From positions 2,349 to 66,348 of the forward strand of contig CAYJIJ010000003.1 of the NCBI GenBank assembly GCA_964370185.1: 64,000 bases of DNA, written 5' to 3'. The notes under the pieces were generated by a model. It did not search any database. It had not been told where the DNA came from and worked only from the letters and a program-made list of their open reading frames with translations. This document shows, in pieces, positions 35,823 through 45,189 of the stretch (position 1 is its first letter; the number at the start of each line of letters is the position of its first letter). A program made the position numbers and the translations under genes. The stretch comes from an uncultured Oscillospiraceae bacterium (GTDB taxonomy: Bacteria > Bacillota > Clostridia > Oscillospirales > Ruminococcaceae).

Positions 35823-37372
35823 TGTTTATAACTGAAATAAAATATAAAGAAATTGAAACGGAAAAATATAGGCTTTATTATAATGATTTTGTCATTTATC
35901 GTGAACTAACTGCCGGCGAAGAAAGTGTTAGAAGGTTTGCAATAGATTTTGAGACAAACTCTCATAATTTTGATTTGTTTTTAGGTAGCTTTCGCATAAT
36001 CATGCATTGCAAAAATAGCGATGAATATATATTTTTCGCTGATAATCAAAATAGCCAGTTGTTTTTTTATGACAAATTAAAAGGGATATTCAGTGACAGC
36101 TTGATTAAAGTCAATAATCTGGAGCCTAATTTAAAATCCATTGCACAATTTTTAAATTTTGGTTATATTTATTCTTACGAAACAATTTGCGAAAATGTCT
36201 ATTCTACAAATCCAAATTGCTTTTATACACTATCGTCTAATGGGATACATGAACATAGTAAAAATCTTACCCCATTAGGTACTACTGTTAAATACAATTC
36301 TATTGAAGAAATTGCAAATGTTATACTTAATAGCACTAAACATCTAAAAAAAATAAATATTATCACAGGTGGCGTTGATAGCCGAATGATACTTGCCAAT
36401 ATTTATAAATTAGGCGGATGTGAAAATCTTGTAATTTCTGGTGATGAAAATCATGTGGATGTAAAAATTGCAAAAGAAATATCTAAAACACTTGGCAATT
36501 TACCATTGATAATTACACCTGATGAAGCTAACGATGAACTATTCATTGCTAACATCTTTCATGAATCCGATGGACAAGTAGGGATTTCTGCTGTCAATAG
36601 ATTACTAAATAAAGCTAAAATTTTAAATAGTAAGGGCTTTGATTTAGAATTTGGTGGTGTAGCAGGTGAGATTTATAAAAATAGCTTTATAAATCAACAG
36701 TTTCCAAACTACAAAAAATCATTAGATTTAGAGCAGTTATATAATATTAAAATATTTCCGTATAAATCCCTCAGCAATATTTTTTCCGATAGCATTAATA
36801 GCCAATTTGCAACTGCCAAAAAGGATGTAATATCAACATTTAGTGAATTGCATGGTGAAGAAATTAACACAGGAAATTACTTTGACATAGCCTATTTTAT
36901 AATGCAAAAGAGAATAATGTCTTTATCTAATTCACTTTCTAAATACATAAAAACATCATCAATTTTAATGGAGAGAGATATTGTGTCGCTGATGTATGGG
37001 AAAAATCCATATAAATTAGAAATGGCAAGATTTCAAAGAAATGAAATATCAAAACAATTGCCGATAATTGCAAAGGTAAAAACTGATAGAAATACAACAG
37101 CTTCAAACAATTCACTTTACATATTTTCGGAATTAATAAAGAATTATGTTTTTATGTGCAAATTGTTTGTGCAGAGGAAATTTTTTAAAACTGTGGTTAC
37201 CGCAAGAAAAGATGCTACTTTTGATAGTATGAAAAATTCCCAAGAGGTAAAAAATGCAATTTTAACCTGCAAAAGAATTGATATTTTAAATAAAAATACA
37301 GAAATAGATGACATTCCCGACACACAAATAGATCGTATACTGACTTTGGGGATGTTTTTTGATAAAAATTAG
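35822..37372 (+). CDS. Asparagine-synthase-like (PP-loop ATP pyrophosphatase) protein lacking the glutaminase nucleophile
   Basis: PP-loop ITGGVDSR (compare SGGLDS). The N-terminal region resembles the AsnB Ntn domain (GSFRIIM...IFFADNQNSQLFFY) but starts MFIT rather than MCG. Confidence 0.55.
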   Translation: MFITEIKYKEIETEKYRLYYNDFVIYRELTAGEESVRRFAIDFETNSHNFDLFLGSFRIIMHCKNSDEYIFFADNQNSQLFFYDKLKGIFSDSLIKVNNLEPNLKSIAQFLNFGYIYSYETICENVYSTNPNCFYTLSSNGIHEHSKNLTPLGTTVKYNSIEEIANVILNSTKHLKKINIITGGVDSRMILANIYKLGGCENLVISGDENHVDVKIAKEISKTLGNLPLIITPDEANDELFIANIFHESDGQVGISAVNRLLNKAKILNSKGFDLEFGGVAGEIYKNSFINQQFPNYKKSLDLEQLYNIKIFPYKSLSNIFSDSINSQFATAKKDVISTFSELHGEEINTGNYFDIAYFIMQKRIMSLSNSLSKYIKTSSILMERDIVSLMYGKNPYKLEMARFQRNEISKQLPIIAKVKTDRNTTASNNSLYIFSELIKNYVFMCKLFVQRKFFKTVVTARKDATFDSMKNSQEVKNAILTCKRIDILNKNTEIDDIPDTQIDRILTLGMFFDKN

Positions 37373-37392
37373 ATCATTAAATCAGGAGAAAA

Positions 37393-38532
37393 ATGATGAA
37401 GACTCTCTTAGTTTGCGATTTGCTACTTGACGATAGAGAAAAATTAAAAGTGTCTATGAGTTACTTCGTTCACCATCAAGCTGTTGAACTTAAAAAAAGA
37501 GGAATAGATATCGCAATACTCTCACTTGACATGCGCTCTATTAGACGAAAGAGAAAGCTTGGCATAAATGAATATGTAATAGATGGTATACCAATATATG
37601 TCGCTGCATTTCCATGTGGCCCAGTAAAAGGTATGCTCGAATTTGTTAGCCAAAAAATGGCTGCGATTGCCTACAAACGAGTGATAAAAAAATGGGGAAA
37701 GCCCGATATTATCCATGGGCACTTTTCAGGAAATTCATATACAGTAATGCAGATAGCTAAAAAAAATAATATACCACTGATTACCACTGAGCATGGAACT
37801 AATATTTTAAATATAAATCGAAACAGTTATACCGAGAAAAAAGCTTTTGTTGTTTACAAAAATTCGGATAGAGTAATTTGTGTGAGCACTGCTCTTAAAG
37901 AGGCAGTCTCAGAGTTTTATAATGGTAAAGTAGATATAATTCCAAATATTCTCTCAAGCAATTTTAAGCTCATTTCGACTGAAAAAAATAAAGAATTTAC
38001 CTTTATAACGGTATCAAATTTAGTGGCACACAAAAATGTTGATTTAGTAATAAAAGCATTTGCAAAATTTATACAAGCCGTGCCAAATGCAAGGATTATA
38101 ATTGCAGGTGATGGCAATGAAATGCCTAAGTTGACTCAATTAGCTAAAGATTTAAATGTCTTTGAAAAGGTAGAGTTTAAAGGCAGAGTAGAAAATAGTC
38201 TTTTGTCCAATATGTATAATAGTGCACATTGTTTTGTCTTGCCATCAAAGTATGAAACATTCGGAGTTGTATACATAGAAGCAATGGCATGCGGATTGCC
38301 CGTGATTACAACAAGTAATGCGGCTGAAAATGGAATTGTAAATAGTGGCAATGGAATTGCAGTGGAGAGCTATACGGAAGACAATGTGCTAAAAGCTATG
38401 AAATATATTTATGATAATTATGAAAATTACTCGCCAAATGAAATTTCGCAAGAATGTATAAATAAATATTGCGCTGATATTGTTTCGAAACAGATAATGG
38501 AAGTGTATGGAGAGGCTTTGGAAAATGGGTAA
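37393..38532 (+). CDS. Glycosyltransferase family 4
   Basis: GT-B fold. C-terminal motif CFVLPSKYETFGVVYIEAMACGLPVITT. Confidence 0.8.
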   Translation: MMKTLLVCDLLLDDREKLKVSMSYFVHHQAVELKKRGIDIAILSLDMRSIRRKRKLGINEYVIDGIPIYVAAFPCGPVKGMLEFVSQKMAAIAYKRVIKKWGKPDIIHGHFSGNSYTVMQIAKKNNIPLITTEHGTNILNINRNSYTEKKAFVVYKNSDRVICVSTALKEAVSEFYNGKVDIIPNILSSNFKLISTEKNKEFTFITVSNLVAHKNVDLVIKAFAKFIQAVPNARIIIAGDGNEMPKLTQLAKDLNVFEKVEFKGRVENSLLSNMYNSAHCFVLPSKYETFGVVYIEAMACGLPVITTSNAAENGIVNSGNGIAVESYTEDNVLKAMKYIYDNYENYSPNEISQECINKYCADIVSKQIMEVYGEALENG

Positions 38533-39943
38533 AATATTTAGTAGCAAATATGATAAAGCCACAGAGATCTTGTGGCTAATAACATTAGTTTCATCTTTTT
38601 TCGGAATACTGATTTTCCCAGTGACGATAGGGAATTTGGGGACATTTTATTTATTTCGAATTGCACTACTGACAACATCTGCTTTGTTTTTTGCTAAAGC
38701 TATCTTTAACAAATTTAGTTTTGTGAGAGATAAGTCCAAATTAATTAAATCAGTATATATTTTATTTGTATGTATGATTTGTTATTCTATTTACTCAGTG
38801 TTTATTGCACTAAATTTTTCATTCACTCTTTCAAGAGTAATGAATTTATTTTTTGATATATTATTTTGTTTTTTAGCAATATACTTTATACCACAGAATT
38901 TTAAGCTTAATATAAAAATTATAACAGTATCACTTATTACTCTTCAATTATTAGGAGTTTATGAAACAATTTTTGGTGGCATCGTAAATAACCTTTATGA
39001 TGGGATGAGTAGATATAGTTTTTTTAGGATATTACTTTTACAGCAGCCGGTAGTAAGTTTTGGAAACACAAATGACTTTAACTCAGCCACCGCAATGATT
39101 ACTATTATAATAACATGGATACTAATATATTACAGCGATAGGCTAACCAAAGTGGAGCAAAATAAATCAAATATAATTATCATTACTATCAATTCACTAA
39201 TGTTTTACTTAGCTTCATGTGGATTATCCACACTAACAAAATATGCTATGCTGATACAGCTATCACTGATTTTAATATATGCCATAGTTATTAATAGGGA
39301 ATTTTTAATGATAGCAATTACAATACTACTGCTATTTGCTTTTACACATCTTATGCCAACAGCGCAAAAATATCTCATTGGAATTGAAAATAATATCAAT
39401 CTCATAATATCAATGTTTGATGAAAATCATGAGTACGAAGTAAAGGAAACACCAAAAGTATATGGCGAAGAGGTGACACTATCTCAACAGTTTGATGAAG
39501 ATGCTACGGGTGGCGTAAGGCTTACTCTGATAAAATACGGTGTAGATACAATAATTAGTAGTAATTTTTTAGGAGCAGGTCTTGGCAATACTGAAATAAT
39601 GGCGGCTGATGCAGGGGTAATAGAAGCATGGGCTGACAGAGAAGCTATCAGTTTGCACTGTTTTCCAATTAGAATATTAGCCGACATGGGTGTATTTATT
39701 CTTTTTCCAGCATTAGTAGTTTTTATGCTTGTTCTACAAAATGCATATAATGCTATCACTAAAAGCGAGAGGAAAAAGCAAGCAAAATACACATTAATAA
39801 TAGGTACTATTGCAGTATTTACAACATATATATGCCTATCAACGGCATCTTCTGATGCTCAAGATTTGTTGCCTATGTGGTTGTTTTTTGCACTAGTAGT
39901 ACAACTAAGTGATAAGGGAATATTAAGCAACATATATAAATAG
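38525..39943 (+). CDS. O-antigen polymerase/ligase-family membrane protein (Wzy-like)
   Basis: More than 10 predicted TM helices with a large loop (EYEVKETPKVYGEEVTLSQQFDEDATGGVR). Start at ATG 38525 after GGAGAGG. Confidence 0.6.
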   Translation: MGKIFSSKYDKATEILWLITLVSSFFGILIFPVTIGNLGTFYLFRIALLTTSALFFAKAIFNKFSFVRDKSKLIKSVYILFVCMICYSIYSVFIALNFSFTLSRVMNLFFDILFCFLAIYFIPQNFKLNIKIITVSLITLQLLGVYETIFGGIVNNLYDGMSRYSFFRILLLQQPVVSFGNTNDFNSATAMITIIITWILIYYSDRLTKVEQNKSNIIIITINSLMFYLASCGLSTLTKYAMLIQLSLILIYAIVINREFLMIAITILLLFAFTHLMPTAQKYLIGIENNINLIISMFDENHEYEVKETPKVYGEEVTLSQQFDEDATGGVRLTLIKYGVDTIISSNFLGAGLGNTEIMAADAGVIEAWADREAISLHCFPIRILADMGVFILFPALVVFMLVLQNAYNAITKSERKKQAKYTLIIGTIAVFTTYICLSTASSDAQDLLPMWLFFALVVQLSDKGILSNIYK

Positions 39944-40050
39944 GTGTATCTGTAGTTAATAGAAAATATGTATAAAAAACTAAACAAAAGCGGTGAGTAA
40001 ATATTAAAAAAGAATATAACAAGATATTTAAAAGTTTATTTGGATATTCA

Positions 40051-41430
40051 ATGGTGCCGATAATAAACTATCTCATATCATTTATAGCAGTTCCAATTGC
40101 AACAAGACTAATTTTCCCAGAAGAAATGGGTAAGATTAATCTTATTATATCGAGTGCGCAGACAATATTATTATTCGTTCTTTTAGGAGTGGACCAAGCG
40201 TTTTTTAGATTTTACTATGAACAGAGCAATCAAAAAAATAAAAAGCTGTTATTTACATTTTGCATATCGATATCTGTTTTAGTAATATTAATTTCATCGG
40301 TAATTTTATACCCATTTGCTGGTCAAATATCCTTTCTATTAATTGGCACAAATAATAAAGCTGTATATATATCACTTGTTCTAACAGTAACATTTTCAGC
40401 TATAAACAGATATCTTACACTTATTTTTAGGTTGGAAGAAAAACCAATAGCATATATGGTTCAAAGTCTTTTGGCAGTACTGCTTTCAAGGACAGCATTA
40501 ATAGTTACCGGAATAATAAATCCGATAGTGGAATACTATATTGTCATTCGCATAATTCAAAATTCCTTAGTGACTCTTCTGTTAATAATAATGAATCTTA
40601 AAAAAATGAATTTTAATGGAATGAAAGAGTTTTCGAAAGACAGCTTTAGACCTATATTTCATTTTGCACTTCCGATAGCTCCTAATAATATGATAACATC
40701 GCTTAATAACTACATTATAAATCTTTTCATTGCTTTTAAATTGAGCTATGAGCAACTTGGGATTTATACATCCGCTGTTGCAATTGCTGGAACTGTTTCA
40801 GTTGTGCAAGTGACGATTAATTTATTAATCGGCCCTTATATTTTAAAAAATTATAAGAGGGAAGACCACAACTTTTGGCTTATACATAAAGTAGTTTCCT
40901 ATATATTATCATTACTGATAGTGGGAATAACAATGATACAACCGATATTTTTGTTATTGTTAGGGGAAAAATATAGAGAGGCGTCTAAACTATTTACCCT
41001 TTTGCTGTCATCTCCAATATTTTATACAATCACAGAAACGACATATATGGGATTTACTATAATGAAAAACAACAACAAAAGAGTTATCAGTAGTGTAATT
41101 GCACTGACTATAAATGCCTTATTACTATCAGTGCTTTACTTTGTACCTAATATTGATATTATATATGTTACTGTCGTTACTGCTATAAATGCATTTGTTT
41201 TAATGATGGCACAGAGTATATTAGGGCAGAGATTATTTAAAACTCTTGAAAACTATAACCATATCTTTTTAGTCGCCATAGTTATAATTATTTGTACACT
41301 CATAAACTTGAATATATATGGTATATTCAAGTTTATATGCTTATTCTTAACTGCGCTTACATTAACACTCATCTACAAGGCTGATATTATATCTGCGTAT
41401 AAGCTTATCAAAAATAATTATTCACATTAA
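40051..41430 (+). CDS. wzx: Polysaccharide flippase (Wzx / MOP superfamily); 5' end uncertain
   Basis: Polytopic protein with the N-terminal signature ...PIATRLIFPEEMGKINL. The in-frame upstream peptide (VNIKKEYNKIFKSLFGYS) also looks Wzx-like but has no canonical start codon. Confidence 0.7.
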   Translation: MVPIINYLISFIAVPIATRLIFPEEMGKINLIISSAQTILLFVLLGVDQAFFRFYYEQSNQKNKKLLFTFCISISVLVILISSVILYPFAGQISFLLIGTNNKAVYISLVLTVTFSAINRYLTLIFRLEEKPIAYMVQSLLAVLLSRTALIVTGIINPIVEYYIVIRIIQNSLVTLLLIIMNLKKMNFNGMKEFSKDSFRPIFHFALPIAPNNMITSLNNYIINLFIAFKLSYEQLGIYTSAVAIAGTVSVVQVTINLLIGPYILKNYKREDHNFWLIHKVVSYILSLLIVGITMIQPIFLLLLGEKYREASKLFTLLLSSPIFYTITETTYMGFTIMKNNNKRVISSVIALTINALLLSVLYFVPNIDIIYVTVVTAINAFVLMMAQSILGQRLFKTLENYNHIFLVAIVIIICTLINLNIYGIFKFICLFLTALTLTLIYKADIISAYKLIKNNYSH

Positions 41431-41537
41431 TTGATAATAACTTGATATAAAATGCAAGAAAAACTTAATAAAGATAAATAAACTAAGGGACATGCACCAG
41501 CTGACAGCAGATGCATGCCCCTAAATAATTAAAACCC

Positions 41538-42635
41538 CTACCCCCAAACAACCTCTCCCTGCATATAACTATCCACCGAATAAGCAAATAATATCTGCTC
41601 ATACCCGATAATATCAAGCTCTGAGAGAAGCTCTTTGGTTACTTTCTCAGCATCCACAAAGGTAATTCTTCCATAATGCGGTGCTAAAAAGGGGAGGTAT
41701 GTCAGGGTGTGGGTATCGCCAAATACCAAAAGCTCGGTGTCGTATGGCGAAAAAACAGTTATATCAATCATGGTGGCTTCACCACCTAAAAAGACATCCA
41801 TCGGGCTTCCAAGCTCAGCGGCGTCTTTAAAGAACAATTCATGATGAAGTGATATTCCATCTTCGTCAAGACGCTCCACCAAATACTCCCTATCGTAGCG
41901 GTTAAAATGATACAGGCTGATGCTGTCCTGCCCCACATCTTTGTAGGGGGATTTATCATATACATCACCGTAAAATGAGAATGTATTATGCTCAGTATCA
42001 TACCGCTCGAAGGAATGGGGTGTGAGATTTAATCTGCTTGCAAGCTCACGGTATAGATAGTAAGAGCCTGTTGAGGTGAGGTCGGACTGTGTTTTATAAT
42101 AAAGTGGTAAATCATGGCTTGCAAAAAGTGTGGGATATACATCAACAGTGGAAACAATTCCCTCTAAATCACGGTAGACATCTTCTATATATTTCTTTTG
42201 ATTAAATAAAAGCGTGCTTGAATAACTTCCGAGCATGTGTTGATTTATACCGCAGGAGGTGGGGACAAGCATCATATATGTCGGCACTCGGTATGTGGAG
42301 GTGAAATTCTTTATGCCCTCGGTGTTTAAAAAAGTTACACTTTCGTCCGCTGGAGGGATATTCTCAAGCAAGTAATCCTCGGTGATAAATATGCCATTCT
42401 GCTCCTCATAACCGCTCTCAAATCGCACCTTGATAAGTCCACTTCTAAGTTCGGAATTAAAGGGGAATAGCTCTGTTATGAGCGTCTCCAGAGAAGTGAA
42501 AAAGCTTTGCTTATCCGAAGTGTCGGGCTGTATGGGCAGGCTTGGATAACTCAGCGCCGCTCGAAAAGAAATTGTGGTCGTGGTTATTAAAATCGCCGCA
42601 ATTATAAAAACTGCCGTGAGCCTTTTGGGTTTCAT
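41538..42635 (-). CDS. DHHW-family (AlgJ/AlgX-like) protein with substituted catalytic motifs
   Basis: Signal anchor plus family-like blocks. LYYKTQSDLTSTGSYYLY stands where the family has ..TDHHWT..GAYYAY, and FGDTHT stands where it has DS.. Confidence 0.55.
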   Translation of the reverse strand: MKPKRLTAVFIIAAILITTTTISFRAALSYPSLPIQPDTSDKQSFFTSLETLITELFPFNSELRSGLIKVRFESGYEEQNGIFITEDYLLENIPPADESVTFLNTEGIKNFTSTYRVPTYMMLVPTSCGINQHMLGSYSSTLLFNQKKYIEDVYRDLEGIVSTVDVYPTLFASHDLPLYYKTQSDLTSTGSYYLYRELASRLNLTPHSFERYDTEHNTFSFYGDVYDKSPYKDVGQDSISLYHFNRYDREYLVERLDEDGISLHHELFFKDAAELGSPMDVFLGGEATMIDITVFSPYDTELLVFGDTHTLTYLPFLAPHYGRITFVDAEKVTKELLSELDIIGYEQILFAYSVDSYMQGEVVWG

Positions 42636-42672
42636 GACTACATCCCTCCTTTCTGTCTAAATTGTAGAGTGT

Positions 42673-42873
42673 TTAATCACTCTCACTCTCTTCTTCTGCT
42701 TCTTGCTTCTTTTTCTCATCATAAATAGAGTAGAGTTTGGCAATAAGAAAATAAAATATTAAAGTTGTAATTGCTCCTAAAGGAGTACTCAAGTCATTAC
42801 TTATTCCTAATCCTGAATATAATAGCGTAAATACAGCATAGGGCACTATAAAAAGCAAAAGGGCCTTTATCAT
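42673..42873 (-). CDS. Small two-TM membrane protein with acidic tail
   Basis: GGAGGAA RBS. MIKALLLFIVPYAVFTLLYSG...ITTLIFYFLIAKLYSIYDEKKKQEAEEESESD. Confidence 0.5.
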   Translation of the reverse strand: MIKALLLFIVPYAVFTLLYSGLGISNDLSTPLGAITTLIFYFLIAKLYSIYDEKKKQEAEEESESD

Positions 42874-42933
42874 AATGAACTTCCTCCAAATCTTGTTATA
42901 AGCCTTAAGCCAATACAATCTTCACAAATGAAT

Positions 42934-44265
42934 TTACACCATAAAAACAACCGATAAAAATAAGAGCAGAAGCGATTGTAAAGAGCTTATTATCTGCCAA
43001 GTAGCAGGATAATGTTTTTCCATAAATTTGGCGGTCACACTATAAATACTACTGCAAAGAACTACACATAAAATAAGTGTGCCCATATTTGCACTGAGAA
43101 GATAAAGGGTTATATTATCGGTTGCTGGTAGGTCCGATAGATTAAACATTGAGCGTATATAAAATGTAGCTTCTGGTATGCTTGAGGCAGTGATGAATAC
43201 AAATGAGAATATTGTTACACAGAATGTCATCATTCTGCTTATGAAATCGGGTGTGTTTTTAACTATAAATGGATAGAGATACTGCTCCCCTATAATAAAT
43301 AATGCAAGGTAAATTCCCCATAATAGATAGTTTGGAGTAATTCCATACCAGAGAGAAATGAGCATACTCACCAAAATTATATTGAGTGAAGCGGATAGGA
43401 AACCACCGCTTTTTTCACCGAGTTGCATATAGACATATTTTCGCACAAATTGGTTTATCGTGATATTAAATCTGGCAAAAAACTCATCCACACTGCGGGA
43501 CATGAATGGATAGTAAAAACTCATAGGTAGCTTAAATGAAAACAGATATGCAATTGCTTGCGCCATATCGAAATAGGCGGAGAGTGTAAAATAAAGAGAA
43601 AATGTAAAGCTTATCACCAAAAGCCAAATGCCGAGAACCGAAAAATTTGAGTGGCTAATTTGGGCTAAATCGGTGTAGAGACGGTGCACACTGTCTGCGA
43701 GTATTACTTTCTTGGCAACTGCGGAAATGAGCATTACAGCACCTTTGCTTATTGAGGTAAGCGAGGGATGAACTTCTTTAATAGGATAGCGAATTTCCCC
43801 CAACCTCACAAATGGCCCACAAAATATCTTGCCGAAAAACAGGCTGTAAACTGCATATAAAAGGAGATTTTTCTCAGCTTCGAGCTCTTTTTTATATATG
43901 TCCACCGTGTAGCTTATACCGCACAGCGCAACTACCATTACACCTGCAACAGTAATGCCACTTTCGGTTAGAATAACACTGAAATAGCTAAATATTGCAA
44001 GATTTTTTATCACATTAATAACTGTAAAGAACAATGCAAGTTTTTTTATTTTGCGTTTTGAAAGCCTGCCTATAAGTAAGCCAAAAATATAGTCGGTAAA
44101 TGTCATTGTAAGAAGGATGTATATATTTGCCTCGGAAAGAGTGAGGTAGAATGCAAGGGAAATTATCAAGAGTGAAACATATTTATATTTATTGGGTGAG
44201 AAATAGTAAAAAGCCATTGAGAGTGGCAAAAAGAAAAATATAAAGGTTAAACTAAAAAACTCCAA
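42934..44265 (-). CDS. MBOAT-family membrane O-acyltransferase homologue (AlgI/DltB/PatA-like) with substituted conserved His residues
   Basis: Colinear with AlgI-type sequences. SRSVDEFFARFNITINQFVRKYVY compares with SRSITEFWRRWHISLS.WLRDYLY, and SLWYG with GLWHG. TTG start at 44265 sits 8 nt after AGGAGG. Confidence 0.7.
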   Translation of the reverse strand: MEFFSLTFIFFFLPLSMAFYYFSPNKYKYVSLLIISLAFYLTLSEANIYILLTMTFTDYIFGLLIGRLSKRKIKKLALFFTVINVIKNLAIFSYFSVILTESGITVAGVMVVALCGISYTVDIYKKELEAEKNLLLYAVYSLFFGKIFCGPFVRLGEIRYPIKEVHPSLTSISKGAVMLISAVAKKVILADSVHRLYTDLAQISHSNFSVLGIWLLVISFTFSLYFTLSAYFDMAQAIAYLFSFKLPMSFYYPFMSRSVDEFFARFNITINQFVRKYVYMQLGEKSGGFLSASLNIILVSMLISLWYGITPNYLLWGIYLALFIIGEQYLYPFIVKNTPDFISRMMTFCVTIFSFVFITASSIPEATFYIRSMFNLSDLPATDNITLYLLSANMGTLILCVVLCSSIYSVTAKFMEKHYPATWQIISSLQSLLLLFLSVVFMV

Positions 44266-44454
44266 AGCAGGCACCTCCTATTATAAAATATTTCGAAAAA
44301 ATTATGGTGTTGCCACCTGTAATCTAAATTTGTTTTATTAAATCTTAGTCAAAATTATAGCTGAGTGAAAGCATTCTGCTCTCATTACTACATTTGCAGT
44401 TTACCCACCCGAAAAAAGAGAACTATAAATATTCGCACAATTAAAGCCTAATTT

Positions 44455-45054
44455 TTAACGCCCTAATTCATCCTTAACTTTTTCTAAAATCTTACTGTAT
44501 TCTTCATAACTCATAAGTGAATTTAGCACGCTTACTAAAGAGTTGCTTGAAAGGCGTTTTGGTAGGGAGAGCTTTTCAAGGAGTGCACGGCGAATATCGC
44601 TACTGTTATCAGCGCCCGATATGCCATCGGTGATAAAGTCCTGTTTTGTGATGAGCCTTGTAGGCGCAGAAGTGGTGCAGGAAATTACACCTGAAGCGGC
44701 AAGAGCGTCCATTATCACTTCTTTAGGTACTCCCTCAACACCTAAAGTGCCCTCAGCGGAGGGGGAGGCTTTTCGGTGCTCTTTCCCTGGGATATCCGGG
44801 ATGTAGACATGGGTTATTTTGCCCTCTTTTATAGCGCCTTTAAGATAGTTTCGAATTTTAAATCCAGCCATGTCGGAATCAGTGAAGATAATAAGCCCAT
44901 TTTCTTTGGCAAGGCGCCTGAGCAAGGCAAGCATTTCTTTGTCCTTAAATATCCTATATCCACCGAGTTCTATTATATTCGCATCGATTATAGAGCTCAG
45001 TTTTGATTTGTCGTACCTGCCCTCTACAACCACGGTTTCGGTTAATTTTATCAT
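44455..45054 (-). CDS. Toprim-domain protein, RNase M5-like (DUF4093-type C-terminus)
   Basis: VVVEGRYDKSKL...IIFTDSDMAGFKIRNYL Toprim motifs. 199 aa. Confidence 0.6.
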   Translation of the reverse strand: MIKLTETVVVEGRYDKSKLSSIIDANIIELGGYRIFKDKEMLALLRRLAKENGLIIFTDSDMAGFKIRNYLKGAIKEGKITHVYIPDIPGKEHRKASPSAEGTLGVEGVPKEVIMDALAASGVISCTTSAPTRLITKQDFITDGISGADNSSDIRRALLEKLSLPKRLSSNSLVSVLNSLMSYEEYSKILEKVKDELGR

Positions 45055-45189
45055 ATATGGGGAGTCCTTTCTAAGGGTTTAGAAGTCCAATGTTTTGTGA
45101 CGACTACACCCTGTTAGAAAACTTTTCTGCACACTGTATCTACCTCTCCACTACTATAAAAAATTGTAGAGAAAAGAGCTTTAAGTCTT

